Shown in pieces: positions 1 to 9,630 of a stretch of 50,146 bases of DNA. The DNA is taken from contig CAMAPP010000004.1 in assembly GCA_945860095.1 (NCBI GenBank), positions 1 through 50,146 of the forward strand, given 5' to 3'. A model generated the notes under the pieces. The model saw nothing but the letters and a program-made list of their open reading frames with translations. It did no database searches and had not been told where the DNA came from. Within the stretch, counting starts at the first letter, position 1; the number at the start of each line of letters is the position of its first letter. A program made the translations under genes and the position numbers. This stretch comes from Rhizobium sp. Q54 (GTDB lineage: Bacteria > Pseudomonadota > Alphaproteobacteria > CADEGL01).

Positions 1-1
1 C

Positions 2-2281
2 CTCTACACCACCGCCGCTGGGTTCGACACGATCACGGACTCGGGCGGTACCGCCGATGTAATCCTCGGCTCGGCCGCAATCGACGTCATCGAACTTGCC
101 GCATTCTCCGGCATCGAATCGCTCAATGCTGGCGCCCTCGCCGACACCCTGCTGGGCGATGGCAACGCCAATATCTTCGATCTCTCGGGCATTACCGTCA
201 CGGGCCTCGAATCGATCAACGGCGCGGGCGGCAACGACACCATCACCGGCACCACGTCTAACGAAACCTTCGTCGGCGGCGCGGGCGACGACACGCTCGC
301 CGCCGCCAGCGGCAACGATGTCTACCTCTACAACGGCACCGGTCTCGGCTTCGACGCGATCACCGATTCGGTCGGCACCGACACGATTTTCGGCACCGCC
401 GCGGTCAACGATGTAATCGGGCTTTCGTCGCTCTCCGGCATCGAATCGTTAAATGCCGGCACGGGCACAGATACCCTGCTGGGCGACGCCAACGCCAATA
501 TTTTCGATCTTTCGGGCATTACTGTCGCGGGCCTCGAATCCATCGACGGCGGCGCGGGCAACGACACCATCACCGGCGCCGCCACGGCCAATACCGTCTT
601 CGGTTCGGCGGGCGACGACACCATCACCGGCGGCGCGGCCGCCGATATTCTGACCGGCGGCGCCGACAACGACTCGTTGGCGGGCGCCGGCGGCAACGAC
701 ACCTACAATTACAGCGGCACGAACCTTGGCTTCGATACGATCGTCGATTCGGCCGGCACCGACACGATTTTCGGCACCGCCGCGGTGGACGATGTCATCG
801 GTTTGGCCGGGCTAAGCTTCGCCACCCACGGCATCGAATCGCTCGATGCCGGCACGGGCACCGATACCCTGCTGGGCGATGGCAACGCCAATATCTTCGA
901 TCTTTCCGGCATCACCGTCGCGGGCCTCGAAATCTTCGACGGCGCGGGCGGCAACGACACCATCACCGGCACCACGTCCGCCGAGACCCTCATCGGCGGC
1001 GCGGGCGACGACACGCTTACCGGCGGCGGCGGCAACGATATCTATTTGTTCAACGGCGCGGGCCTCGGCGTCGATGTCATCTCGGATGCGAGCGGCACCG
1101 ATACCATTCGCGGCACGGTCCTCGGCAACGATGTCATCGCCTTGACGTCGTTCGCCGGCATCGAAGTGCTGGATGCCGATACCGGCACGGACACCCTGCT
1201 CGGCGACGCAAGCGCCAATGTCTTCGATCTTTCCGCCCTCACCTCGGTCTTGGGTCTTGAAATCGTCGATGGCGCGGGCGGCAACGACACCATCACCGGC
1301 GCGAACGTCGCCACGTCCTTCATCGGCGGCGCGGGCGACGATTTCATCACCGGCGGCACCGGCGCCGATACGCTGACCGGCGGCGCGGACAACGATACCC
1401 TCGCCGGCGGCGCCGGCAACGACACCTATGCCTATAGCGGCTCAAGCCTCGGCATCGATACGATCACGGATTCGGGCGGCGCGGCCGACACGATTTCCGG
1501 CACGGCCGGCGTGGACGATGTCATCGGTCTGGCGTCGTTCTCCGGTATCGAAGGTTTGGATACCGGCACCGGCACCGACACCCTCATAGGCGATGCGAAC
1601 GCAAATATCTTCGACTTCTCGGCCGTCACCATCTCGGGCCTCGAATCGATCGACGGCGCGGGCGGCAACGACACCATCACGGGCGGCGCGGGCGCCGATT
1701 TCATCCTCGGCGGCCTCGGCGACGACCGCCTCTTCGGCGGCCTGGGCAACGACGTGCTCACCGGCAATGACGGCCAAGACAGAATGCTGGGCGAGGCGGG
1801 CAACGATACCCTTATCGGCGGCGCTCTGATCGATTGGCTGGCCGGGGGCGCCAATGACGACACGCTGCAAGGCGATGACGGCGACGACTCGCTCTGGGGC
1901 GAGGCGGGCATCGATACCTTGCTCGGCGGCTTGGGCGCCGACGATTTGTACGGCGGCGCGGGCAACGACGTGCTGAACGGCGGTGGCGGCAATGATAATT
2001 ATTTCTTCGGCATCGGCGACGGCACGGACTCCATCGTCGACGACGGTGCCACCGGCGACATCCTGACGGTGTATTACGGCAACGGCGCGAATATTCAACC
2101 GGCCGATATTTCGTTTACCGATCTCGGCTCGACCAATTGGCGCATCACCATCACCGCGACGAACGATAACGTAACGTTCAGTTCGGCGGATTTCGCCGAA
2201 ATCGTCGTCTATGGCACGACGGCTGCCTATGGCTATACCTGGGGCGGCGCGGACTACGGCACGCCGACCCTCTTCGTCTGA
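2..2281 (+). CDS. RTX (hemolysin-type Ca2+-binding repeat) large secreted/surface protein, 5'-truncated by window edge
   Basis: Frame 2 reads open from base 2 (LYTTAAGFDTITDSGG...) into the listed 677..2281 ORF. Many GGxGxDxLx nonapeptides, five ~105-128 aa repeat modules, and a non-repetitive C-terminus typical of T1SS substrates. Confidence 0.9.
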   Translation, partial: LYTTAAGFDTITDSGGTADVILGSAAIDVIELAAFSGIESLNAGALADTLLGDGNANIFDLSGITVTGLESINGAGGNDTITGTTSNETFVGGAGDDTLAAASGNDVYLYNGTGLGFDAITDSVGTDTIFGTAAVNDVIGLSSLSGIESLNAGTGTDTLLGDANANIFDLSGITVAGLESIDGGAGNDTITGAATANTVFGSAGDDTITGGAAADILTGGADNDSLAGAGGNDTYNYSGTNLGFDTIVDSAGTDTIFGTAAVDDVIGLAGLSFATHGIESLDAGTGTDTLLGDGNANIFDLSGITVAGLEIFDGAGGNDTITGTTSAETLIGGAGDDTLTGGGGNDIYLFNGAGLGVDVISDASGTDTIRGTVLGNDVIALTSFAGIEVLDADTGTDTLLGDASANVFDLSALTSVLGLEIVDGAGGNDTITGANVATSFIGGAGDDFITGGTGADTLTGGADNDTLAGGAGNDTYAYSGSSLGIDTITDSGGAADTISGTAGVDDVIGLASFSGIEGLDTGTGTDTLIGDANANIFDFSAVTISGLESIDGAGGNDTITGGAGADFILGGLGDDRLFGGLGNDVLTGNDGQDRMLGEAGNDTLIGGALIDWLAGGANDDTLQGDDGDDSLWGEAGIDTLLGGLGADDLYGGAGNDVLNGGGGNDNYFFGIGDGTDSIVDDGATGDILTVYYGNGANIQPADISFTDLGSTNWRITITATNDNVTFSSADFAEIVVYGTTAAYGYTWGGADYGTPTLFV

Positions 2282-2435
2282 TTTGGTTCGGCCGCTCTCG
2301 TTTCGGGATTTTTCCAGGGCGCCGAATATCCGCCCCGTGCGCATCGACGATTGCGCATCGACGGGTGCTAATCACCGAACTTAAAGCGTCCCGGATTCCC
2401 GCATCACCGTATTCTCGAATCCCAGGCGATTCGAT

Positions 2436-2539
2436 ATCGCCCCATCATGGAGCGATCCGCGTTCGCCTCGTCGTTGGGCGATCCGCCATCGCCTCGTCGT
2501 TGGGCGATCCGCCATCGCCCCATCATGGAGCGATCCGCG
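2436..2539. repeat. Four 26-bp tandem units in A-B-B-A order, each an imperfect hairpin
   Basis: A=ATCGCCCCATCATGGAGCGATCCGCG (2436, 2514); B=(T/A)TCGCCTCGTCGTTGGGCGATCCGCC (2462, 2488). Confidence 0.9.
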
Positions 2540-2715
2540 CCGAATCAATCCGCGCATAAACCGCGCCAGGACGCGCTTTTGCCTTTCGACGAACGACGCG
2601 TGCTCGGCGCGCGATTTTCGTTGGTGGTCCGTTGGATCGGTCCGCCGTGGCCACAAGGCCGGCGCGCGGCCGCGTTTTGCCCGTCGGAGTTTACTGCGGC
2701 AGGAATGGTCGGTCG

Positions 2716-2919
2716 CTAAAGCCGTTCGACGGCCTCGGCCTTGCGGCCGAGCGATTTGAGGCAGGAAGCCTGCGCCTCGTTCTCCGCGTCCTCGGCGCTG
2801 CCATGCGGGCCGCCCATGGCCACGCGCTTGCCCGCGTGCCACAGCGACCAGCGGTAATCGATCGCCCCCTGCGCCTTGTTCCAGCGCTCGATCACCAAAC
2901 GCAAGCTCGCGTTTGCCAT
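2716..2919 (-). CDS. Small hypothetical protein (67 aa)
   Basis: ATG 8 bp downstream of the GGT stop; protein-like composition (MANASLRLVIERWNKAQGAIDYRWSLWHAG...). Confidence 0.65.
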   Translation of the reverse strand: MANASLRLVIERWNKAQGAIDYRWSLWHAGKRVAMGGPHGSAEDAENEAQASCLKSLGRKAEAVERL

Positions 2920-2927
2920 GGGTGGGC

Positions 2928-4535
2928 CTAGTAACCGATCGCCGCGCTGTCCTTGCGCGGATCGGCGCCGCCCGCGAGCGTGCCTTCCTCCCGATCGATC
3001 CAAATCGCCTGGCCCGCGCCGAGGGGGCCGTTTTCGCGCCTGGGTCCCTCCGAGCGGCGCACGACCTTGTGCCCGCGCGCGGCGAGGTCGAGCGCCACGC
3101 TTTCGGAGATGCCCCGCTCCAAATCCAGCACGCCGTCGAGCGAAAATGCCCGCGCGAGCGTGAGCGCCTCCTGGGCGTCCATGCCGAAATCGAGCACGTT
3201 CGTCGCGATATGCGCCATGCCGACGGGTTGGTAAGAGCCGCCGACGATACCGAAGGACATGACGCTATGATCGTCCTTGGCCAGGATACCTGGTAGCGAG
3301 AATGACAGGGGCCGCTTGCGCGACGCCCAGGCGTTCGGATCCGCGGCCTTGGTCGTGAAATACTCGCCGCGATTGTTAAGCAGCACGCCTGAGTCTGGCG
3401 CGGTCAGCCGGCTGCCGAAGAAATCGACGATGGTCGCCATGAAGGACACGGCGTTGCGGTCGCGGTCGACCACCGAGATATAGGTCGTTTCGGCGGGCGC
3501 GCCCTTGGGGATGCCAGGCAAGCCTTCAAGCGTGCGGCCAGGGCGGATATGGGCGGCGAGCGTCGCGCCGTGGGAGGGCGACACCATGCGCGCGATGGCG
3601 GCCGGATCGAAGGCGCCGTCCGCGCCGAGGGTCGCGCGTTCGGCATAGGCCAAGCGCGACGCCTCGATTTCCAAATGCAGACGGTCGGCCGAAAGCGGGT
3701 CCATGCCGCCGAAATCGAAGCGCGCAAGGATGTTCAGCATCAGCAGGGTCAGGATGCCGAGACTCGGCGGCGGGGGCATGATCATGGCGTGCCCTCGATA
3801 GCGCGTCTCGACGCACTTGGCGTATTCACCGGAGAAGGTCTCGAAATCCTCGAGCGTGTGCAGCCCGCCGAGACCGCGCAGATAGCCGACGATGTCTTCG
3901 GCCACGGGGCCCTTGTAGAAGCCGTCGCGTCCCAGGGCCGCAATACGGCGCAAGGTCGCGGCGAGCGCGGGACGGCGGTGCAGGGCGCCCGGGCGGGGCG
4001 CGCGGCCGTGCGGCACGAATTGTGCTCGGGTATGGGGGTCGTGCGCCAGCAGCGGCACGCATTGCTCCCAATCTCGCGCGACCCGGTCGGAGACGGGATA
4101 GCCCTCGGCATGGGCGATGGCGGGGGCCAGCAAGCGGTCGAGGCCGATGGTGCCGTGATCGGCGGCCAGGCGCACCCAGCTATCGACCAGGCCGGGCACC
4201 GCCACCATGTGCGCCGAAAACGGCGGCGCGCGGTCGATACCGGCATTCCGGTACCAGTCCAGATTCGCCGCCGCCGGCGCGCGGCCCAGGCCTAGATAGG
4301 CGATGGCCTCGGCCTTGCCTTTGGGCGCGATCAGCACGGCGCAATCGCCGCCGATACCCGACATCGCCGGTTCGACCACGCCCAATGTCGCGCTGGCCGC
4401 GATGGCGCCGTCCATAGCATTGCCGCCCGACTTGAGAATCTCCAGCGCCGCGAGGGACGCCAGCGGATTGGGCGTCACCACCATGCCATGAATGGCATGG
4501 ACCGCGCTTCGTCCCGGCAATTCGTAATCGCGCAT
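2928..4535 (-). CDS. Gamma-glutamyltransferase family (Ntn-hydrolase) protein
   Basis: GGNAMDGAIA, VVEPAMSGIGGD, VAVPG, autocleavage-site ETTYISVVD, LNNRG, GADPRKD; RBS GGGAG upstream. Confidence 0.9.
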   Translation of the reverse strand: MRDYELPGRSAVHAIHGMVVTPNPLASLAALEILKSGGNAMDGAIAASATLGVVEPAMSGIGGDCAVLIAPKGKAEAIAYLGLGRAPAAANLDWYRNAGIDRAPPFSAHMVAVPGLVDSWVRLAADHGTIGLDRLLAPAIAHAEGYPVSDRVARDWEQCVPLLAHDPHTRAQFVPHGRAPRPGALHRRPALAATLRRIAALGRDGFYKGPVAEDIVGYLRGLGGLHTLEDFETFSGEYAKCVETRYRGHAMIMPPPPSLGILTLLMLNILARFDFGGMDPLSADRLHLEIEASRLAYAERATLGADGAFDPAAIARMVSPSHGATLAAHIRPGRTLEGLPGIPKGAPAETTYISVVDRDRNAVSFMATIVDFFGSRLTAPDSGVLLNNRGEYFTTKAADPNAWASRKRPLSFSLPGILAKDDHSVMSFGIVGGSYQPVGMAHIATNVLDFGMDAQEALTLARAFSLDGVLDLERGISESVALDLAARGHKVVRRSEGPRRENGPLGAGQAIWIDREEGTLAGGADPRKDSAAIGY

Positions 4536-4766
4536 GGCGCTCTCCCCAATCTCGATCCTGGGCCTAGCATTGGATATGGATTCTTAACATGACGGAATGC
4601 GCCGTCGATACCTTGGGCATCGAGCAAAGTCGGGCGGCGGATCGAGCGCAACCGGGCGTCGCATCGATGCGAATCCAAGGAAATTGATTCTTGCATCGGC
4701 CGAATTGCCGGCTAGAGTGCCGGCGCACGCTGCGGCGTTAATTTTCCTTTCTCAATTATTTTGCAG

Positions 4767-5144
4767 ATGACTGCCCGTAACAACGCTCGAAACGCTACGA
4801 GTTTCCGCCGCTTCGCCACGGGGTTCGCCCTCGGTGCCATCGGCTCGGTCGTACTAGGCGCGCTGCTGATTGGCGTCGTTGCCGCCATCACCGGGTTTCG
4901 GGCGCAGCTACACGGCTCGGGTTGGCTGTTCGTGCCGCTGCTCTTCGGCTTTGGCGGGGCCTATGCGCTCAAGTTCGCCGATGCGCGCCGCCGGGCACGC
5001 AAGCCCGCCCGCGTACTCCCCGGGCGCCCGGCGAGCCTCGATCCCGGTTTCGCCGCCGCCATGCGCGAGGTGCACGCTTCGGATTTTCCCGAGGCGCGGG
5101 GCACGGCCCGCGAGATCGCTAAACGGCGCGCGACGGCAGCCTAG
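4767..5144 (+). CDS. Hypothetical membrane protein with two hydrophobic segments
   Basis: ORF with FALGAIGSVVLGALLIGVVAAITG and GWLFVPLLFGFGGAYAL segments; no family recognised. Confidence 0.55.
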   Translation: MTARNNARNATSFRRFATGFALGAIGSVVLGALLIGVVAAITGFRAQLHGSGWLFVPLLFGFGGAYALKFADARRRARKPARVLPGRPASLDPGFAAAMREVHASDFPEARGTAREIAKRRATAA

Positions 5145-5214
5145 CCGCCGGAATTTTTATTTCGGAAAAATGCGGGGTCGAGCAAGGCCCGGCTCGCGAA
5201 AAGGTCCAGCTGAT

Positions 5215-5245
5215 AAAAAGGCCGGGCTCGCCAATGCCCGGCCTT
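5215..5245 (-). terminator. Intrinsic terminator downstream of the aldolase gene
   Basis: AAGGCCGGGC...GCCCGGCCTT stem with an A-run on + (U-tail on -). Confidence 0.6.
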
Positions 5246-5271
5246 CGACGCCTTCGAATACTCGCTTCGAG

Positions 5272-6054
5272 CTAGGGCGCGTTCGGAGCCGGCGCGCCGG
5301 CGCGGAACGCCTTGACCGCGTTGTTCGCCGCCCAGGCCATCATGCGTAACTCGCCGAGGATGGTGATGAAGCGATAGCCCCGCTCCTTCATCTTCAGGCC
5401 GTAGGCGACCGAACCGCAATGGATGCCGGCGAATACGCCGTGTTTCTTGGCCGCGTCGGCGATTTTTCCGAAGGCATCGATCAATTTGGCCTCGGTCGGA
5501 TCGAAGCCTGGCGGAAATCCGAGGCTGATGCCGAGATCGGAGGGGCCGACATAGACGCCGTCGAGACCCGGCACACTCATGATCGCGTCCACGTTGTCGA
5601 GCGCCTGCTGGGTTTCGATCATGGCGATCGCCATGACGGTCTTGTTGGCCTCTTTGAAATAATCCGGGCCGCCATAGGTCAGGCCGCGCGTCGGGCCCCA
5701 ACTGCGATGGCCGGTCGGTGCATAGCGTGTCGCGCCGACGAAGCTCTCGCACTCGGCGCGCGAATTGATCATCGGGCAGATGACGCCGTAGGCGCCCGCG
5801 TCGAGCGCCTTCATGATCGCGCCCGGCTCGTTCCACGGCACGCGCACGATAGGCGTGGCGGGAGTCGAGGAAATCGCTTGCAACATCGCCACCGAGGCCT
5901 GGTAATCGACCAAGCCGTGCTGCAAGTCGATGCATAGGCTGTCCCAGCCCTGTAACGCCATGAACTCGGCGGTCACCGAGGATGGCACGCCAAGCCAGCC
6001 ATTGATCACGGTGCCGCCGCCGGCGATGATTTTTTTGACGTTGTTCTCGCGCAT
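5272..6054 (-). CDS. HpcH/HpaI aldolase family protein
   Basis: IDLQHG, PIVRVP, ALDAGAYGVICPMI, AMIET, GVYVGPSDL; start MRENN with RBS GAGGA. Confidence 0.9.
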   Translation of the reverse strand: MRENNVKKIIAGGGTVINGWLGVPSSVTAEFMALQGWDSLCIDLQHGLVDYQASVAMLQAISSTPATPIVRVPWNEPGAIMKALDAGAYGVICPMINSRAECESFVGATRYAPTGHRSWGPTRGLTYGGPDYFKEANKTVMAIAMIETQQALDNVDAIMSVPGLDGVYVGPSDLGISLGFPPGFDPTEAKLIDAFGKIADAAKKHGVFAGIHCGSVAYGLKMKERGYRFITILGELRMMAWAANNAVKAFRAGAPAPNAP

Positions 6055-6133
6055 GAAGCTGTCCTCGACTGGGTGTGAAATGTAAGAGGGCGGGGGAAGC
6101 GGGAACGTGGGCGTGAAATGGATTGGCGCTAGG

Positions 6134-6640
6134 TCAGGCCGCCTCGAAGGCGAGCGTTTCCTTGGCGAAGCCGTGCATCCAGACGTGCTGGCACGACTTG
6201 CCGAATTCCTCGATGTCCTCCAGTGAGATCGCGGTCGCGAAGATATTGCCCGGATTGGCGCCCCAGGGACCATACAGCGACGTGCCGCGCGCGTAGAAAT
6301 ACGCGACATCGACGATGCGCACCGGGTTGTCGGGCGGCGACACATCGCCCGGGATGAGGCCCGGCGGATGGAACAGCCACATGAGATCGCCCATGTTCGG
6401 ATACATGCATTGCCATTCGGGCAGGGGTTCGCGGCCGAAGACCTTTTTTACCGGCAATAGCGTGTAGATCTCGCTCGAGGCGTACTTGGCGTGCCACAGC
6501 CGGCCCGCAAAGGGCAGGGCCTCGGATACAACCTTGCAGGTATCGGGCGAATTGTCCCAGCGCAGGCGCAGCCGGATGGATGCGCCGTGCTTACGAAACC
6601 CCACACGGAGATATTCCAAACGCGATTTCTTTTTCGCCAT
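6134..6640 (-). CDS. DUF3830-like (cyclophilin-fold) protein
   Basis: SPDTC...LPF...WHAKYASSEIY, AYFYAR, PGNIFATA pattern; RBS GGAGG. Confidence 0.7.
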   Translation of the reverse strand: MAKKKSRLEYLRVGFRKHGASIRLRLRWDNSPDTCKVVSEALPFAGRLWHAKYASSEIYTLLPVKKVFGREPLPEWQCMYPNMGDLMWLFHPPGLIPGDVSPPDNPVRIVDVAYFYARGTSLYGPWGANPGNIFATAISLEDIEEFGKSCQHVWMHGFAKETLAFEAA

Positions 6641-6756
6641 GATGCCTCCTTGCCAATCGGCCGCCCCATGAAGCGGAGACGAAGAAACCGCCAGTATAGC
6701 GATCGCTCCCGGGCCGGGAAGCGGCTCCGCGCGATGACTCGTCTTACGTTACGATC

Positions 6757-7614
6757 CTAGACCGGCGAGCCGCCATGCCACCAATGCTCGAAGGGGTTGG
6801 AGAACAGGATGCGGTCGATGGTCTCCTGGGCCACGCGCGGCAGGTTCGATCCCTCGACCTGATAGTTGACATTGCGCAGGCCCTCGATCGATTCGCCAAC
6901 GCGCGAATAGGGATAGTCTGTGCCCCAGAAGATCTTGTCCGTCACGCCGTACTCTTGGGCTGCTATCAGGGTGTTGTAGAACTGCCAGGGGCGGTAATAA
7001 ATCGCCGAAACCTCGGCATAGACGTTCGGCTGTTTGCGGATGATCACGATGCAGTCATTGTGCCAGGGGTGGCCCATATGGGCCATGATGATCTTTAGGT
7101 CCGGATAGCGGTGCGCCAGCGGCTCGACGTGTCGCGGATGGCCCAAATCGACGTTCGAGGTGCGCGTATAGGTCACGCCCATGTGCATGGTGAGCGGCAG
7201 GTCGTTCGCCACCAGATAGTCATAGACGGGGGTCAGACGCGGGTCGTCTAGCGCGACGCCGTTGTAGATGGGGCCGTATTTCACGCCCTTGAGGCCGAGG
7301 GTCTTGTGCGCGTGGCGCAGCAGATCCATGCAATCGGCCCGACGCGGATCGACATACGCGAAGCCGAGGAACTTGTCGGGATATTTTCGCACGGCCGCCG
7401 CAGTCGCTTCGTCGTCGCTTTCAACCCCCGCCGAATCGCCGTAGCGCAGCGCGAAGATGATGGCCTTATCGACGGCGGCCATTTCGCGGTAGATCGTATC
7501 GGCGTCCGCCTTGAGGCCAACGGCGCCTTGCGGGCGCACGCGGGCCAATTGATCGCCGAATAGCGGGCGAACATGGCGGTCGTCCCAAATATTGACGTGG
7601 CAATCGACAATCAC
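6757..7614 (-). CDS. Amidohydrolase family protein (Amidohydro_2)
   Basis: IVDCHVN, GLKGVK, MHMG, IMAHMGHPW, IFWGTDYPY. Confidence 0.88.
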   Translation of the reverse strand: MIVDCHVNIWDDRHVRPLFGDQLARVRPQGAVGLKADADTIYREMAAVDKAIIFALRYGDSAGVESDDEATAAAVRKYPDKFLGFAYVDPRRADCMDLLRHAHKTLGLKGVKYGPIYNGVALDDPRLTPVYDYLVANDLPLTMHMGVTYTRTSNVDLGHPRHVEPLAHRYPDLKIIMAHMGHPWHNDCIVIIRKQPNVYAEVSAIYYRPWQFYNTLIAAQEYGVTDKIFWGTDYPYSRVGESIEGLRNVNYQVEGSNLPRVAQETIDRILFSNPFEHWWHGGSPV

Positions 7615-7760
7615 GGCGTTCCTCCCGCTCTATCCGGCCCATTGCTTCGGCGCGCCGCCGGACATTGGTGCATCGCAAGGCGACTCTAATCGGCCGCCGC
7701 GTGACCGCAAGGACGGCGCCATGCTAGACCATCGGCAAGAAGGACGAGAGCCAGCGCCCC

Positions 7761-9569
7761 ATGTCCGTGCCGTTTATCAATCCCCGCGATGTCCGATTCG
7801 TGCTCCACGAGCTTCTGGGCGCCGAGGAGCTCGCGCTTCGTCCGCGCTTCGCCGCGCATGACCGCGAAACCTTCGATGCGGCGATCGAGGTCGCACACGA
7901 TCTCGCTCGCGACCTGTTCTTGAACCACAACCGAGCGAGCGACGAGCGCGAACCGCGCCTGGTCGAAGGCCGGGTCGAAATCATTCCCGAGGTCAAGGCG
8001 GCGATCGACGCCTTTTCGGCCGCTGGATTCCTGGCCGCACACATGGACGCCGAACACGGCGGCCAGCAGATGCCTTGGCTCGTCTCGGTCGCTTGCATGG
8101 CGCATTTCCAGGCCGCCAATGTCGGCACCATCGCCTATCCCTTCCTGACCATGGCGGCGGCCAATTGCCTGAACGCCTTCGGCACGCCCGCGCAGAAGGC
8201 GCGTTTCATGACGCCCATGCTGGAGGGGCGGTATTACGGCACGATGATGCTGACCGAGCCCCAGGCGGGCTCCTCGCTGTCCGATATCGCGACGCGCGCC
8301 GAACTTGGCGAGGACGGGCGCTACCGCCTGACGGGTACGAAGATCTTCATCAGCGGCGGCGATCACGAGATGGCCGAGAACATCGTCCACCTGGTCCTCG
8401 CGCGCATTGCGGGCGCGCCCGCCGGGGCCAAGGGGTTATCGCTTTTCGCCGTGCCGCGCTTTCTCGTCGATGCGGACGGCACGCTGGGGCCGCGCAACGG
8501 CGTGGTGCTCGCGGGTCTCATCCATAAGATGGGCTATCGCGGCACGGTTTCGACCATCATCAAGCTCGGCGAAGCGGCCGAATGCGTGGGCGAGCTCGTC
8601 GGTCCCGTCCATCAGGGCCTCGCGTGCATGTTTCACATGATGAACGAGGCGCGCATCGGGGTCGGCATGGGCGCGATCATGCTTGGCTATGCGGGATATT
8701 TGGCGTCGCTCGATTACGCGCGCAATCGCTCGCAGGGCCGGCTGCCGCAAGAAAAGGATCCGGCAAAAAACCAGACGCCGATCATTGGCCATGCCGACAT
8801 CAAACGCATGTTGCTGGCACAGAAATCCTATGTCGAAGGCGCATTCGCGCTCGGGCTCTATTGCGCGCGTCTCGTCGATGACAAGGCGACCGCGCCTGAG
8901 GAACAGGGGCGCCGCGAGGCGGCGCTGCTGCTCGATATCCTCACCCCCATCGTCAAGGCCTGGCCGTCCGACTGGTGCCTCGAGGCCAATAGACTCGCCA
9001 TCCAGATTCACGGCGGTTACGGCTATACGCGCGATTTCCCGGTCGAACAGCATTATCGCGACAACCGCCTCAACCCCATCCACGAGGGCACGAACGGGAT
9101 TCAGGCGCTCGATCTTCTGGGCCGAAAAGTCTCGATGGCGCACGGGGAGGCATTCGAGCTGCTCTTGCGTGAAATCCTGGTGACGGCGATGACCGCCTCG
9201 CTGCGCGCGTCGCTTTCTACACTCGGCGTCGCGCTTGCCGAAGCGGCGAGCGATCTGCGTGCGACTACCGAAGCGCTGCACGCGGCACGCGACAAGGGCG
9301 AGGTCGAGCGCTTTCTCGCCAATGCTGCGATCTATCTCGAAATGGCCGGCCATATCGCGATTGCATGGATGTGGCTGAAACAGGCCCTCCTCGCCGAGGA
9401 AGAAGCGGCCGATCTCGGCTTGTCATCTTCCGATCGTGCGTTCTATGCGGGAAAATTGGCCGCGTGCCGTTATTTTTTCGCGTGGGAACTGCCCAAGACC
9501 CGGGCGCAGGGCGAATTGCTGCGCTCGCTCGATACCAGCTGTCTTCTGATGGAAGACGCGATGTTCTGA
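7761..9569 (+). CDS. Acyl-CoA dehydrogenase (long ~600 aa type)
   Basis: MMLTEPQAGS, GTKIFISGG, HKMG, MNEARIGVG, QIHGGYGY, IHEGTNGIQ. Confidence 0.92.
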   Translation: MSVPFINPRDVRFVLHELLGAEELALRPRFAAHDRETFDAAIEVAHDLARDLFLNHNRASDEREPRLVEGRVEIIPEVKAAIDAFSAAGFLAAHMDAEHGGQQMPWLVSVACMAHFQAANVGTIAYPFLTMAAANCLNAFGTPAQKARFMTPMLEGRYYGTMMLTEPQAGSSLSDIATRAELGEDGRYRLTGTKIFISGGDHEMAENIVHLVLARIAGAPAGAKGLSLFAVPRFLVDADGTLGPRNGVVLAGLIHKMGYRGTVSTIIKLGEAAECVGELVGPVHQGLACMFHMMNEARIGVGMGAIMLGYAGYLASLDYARNRSQGRLPQEKDPAKNQTPIIGHADIKRMLLAQKSYVEGAFALGLYCARLVDDKATAPEEQGRREAALLLDILTPIVKAWPSDWCLEANRLAIQIHGGYGYTRDFPVEQHYRDNRLNPIHEGTNGIQALDLLGRKVSMAHGEAFELLLREILVTAMTASLRASLSTLGVALAEAASDLRATTEALHAARDKGEVERFLANAAIYLEMAGHIAIAWMWLKQALLAEEEAADLGLSSSDRAFYAGKLAACRYFFAWELPKTRAQGELLRSLDTSCLLMEDAMF

Positions 9570-9630
9570 CGCCGAATTTCCGCCGCCATATCCGAATGGG
9601 CGGCGCCGCATCCGAATGAAGGAGGACAAA

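Noticed and set aside
4-1992. Series of similar minus-strand Ser/Pro-rich ORFs
   Set aside because: Antisense shadows of the RTX repeat modules.
2436-2539. Possible mini-CRISPR array
   Set aside because: No unique spacers, contiguous 26-bp units, and no cas genes. The same applies to 46599-46698 and 48730-48814.
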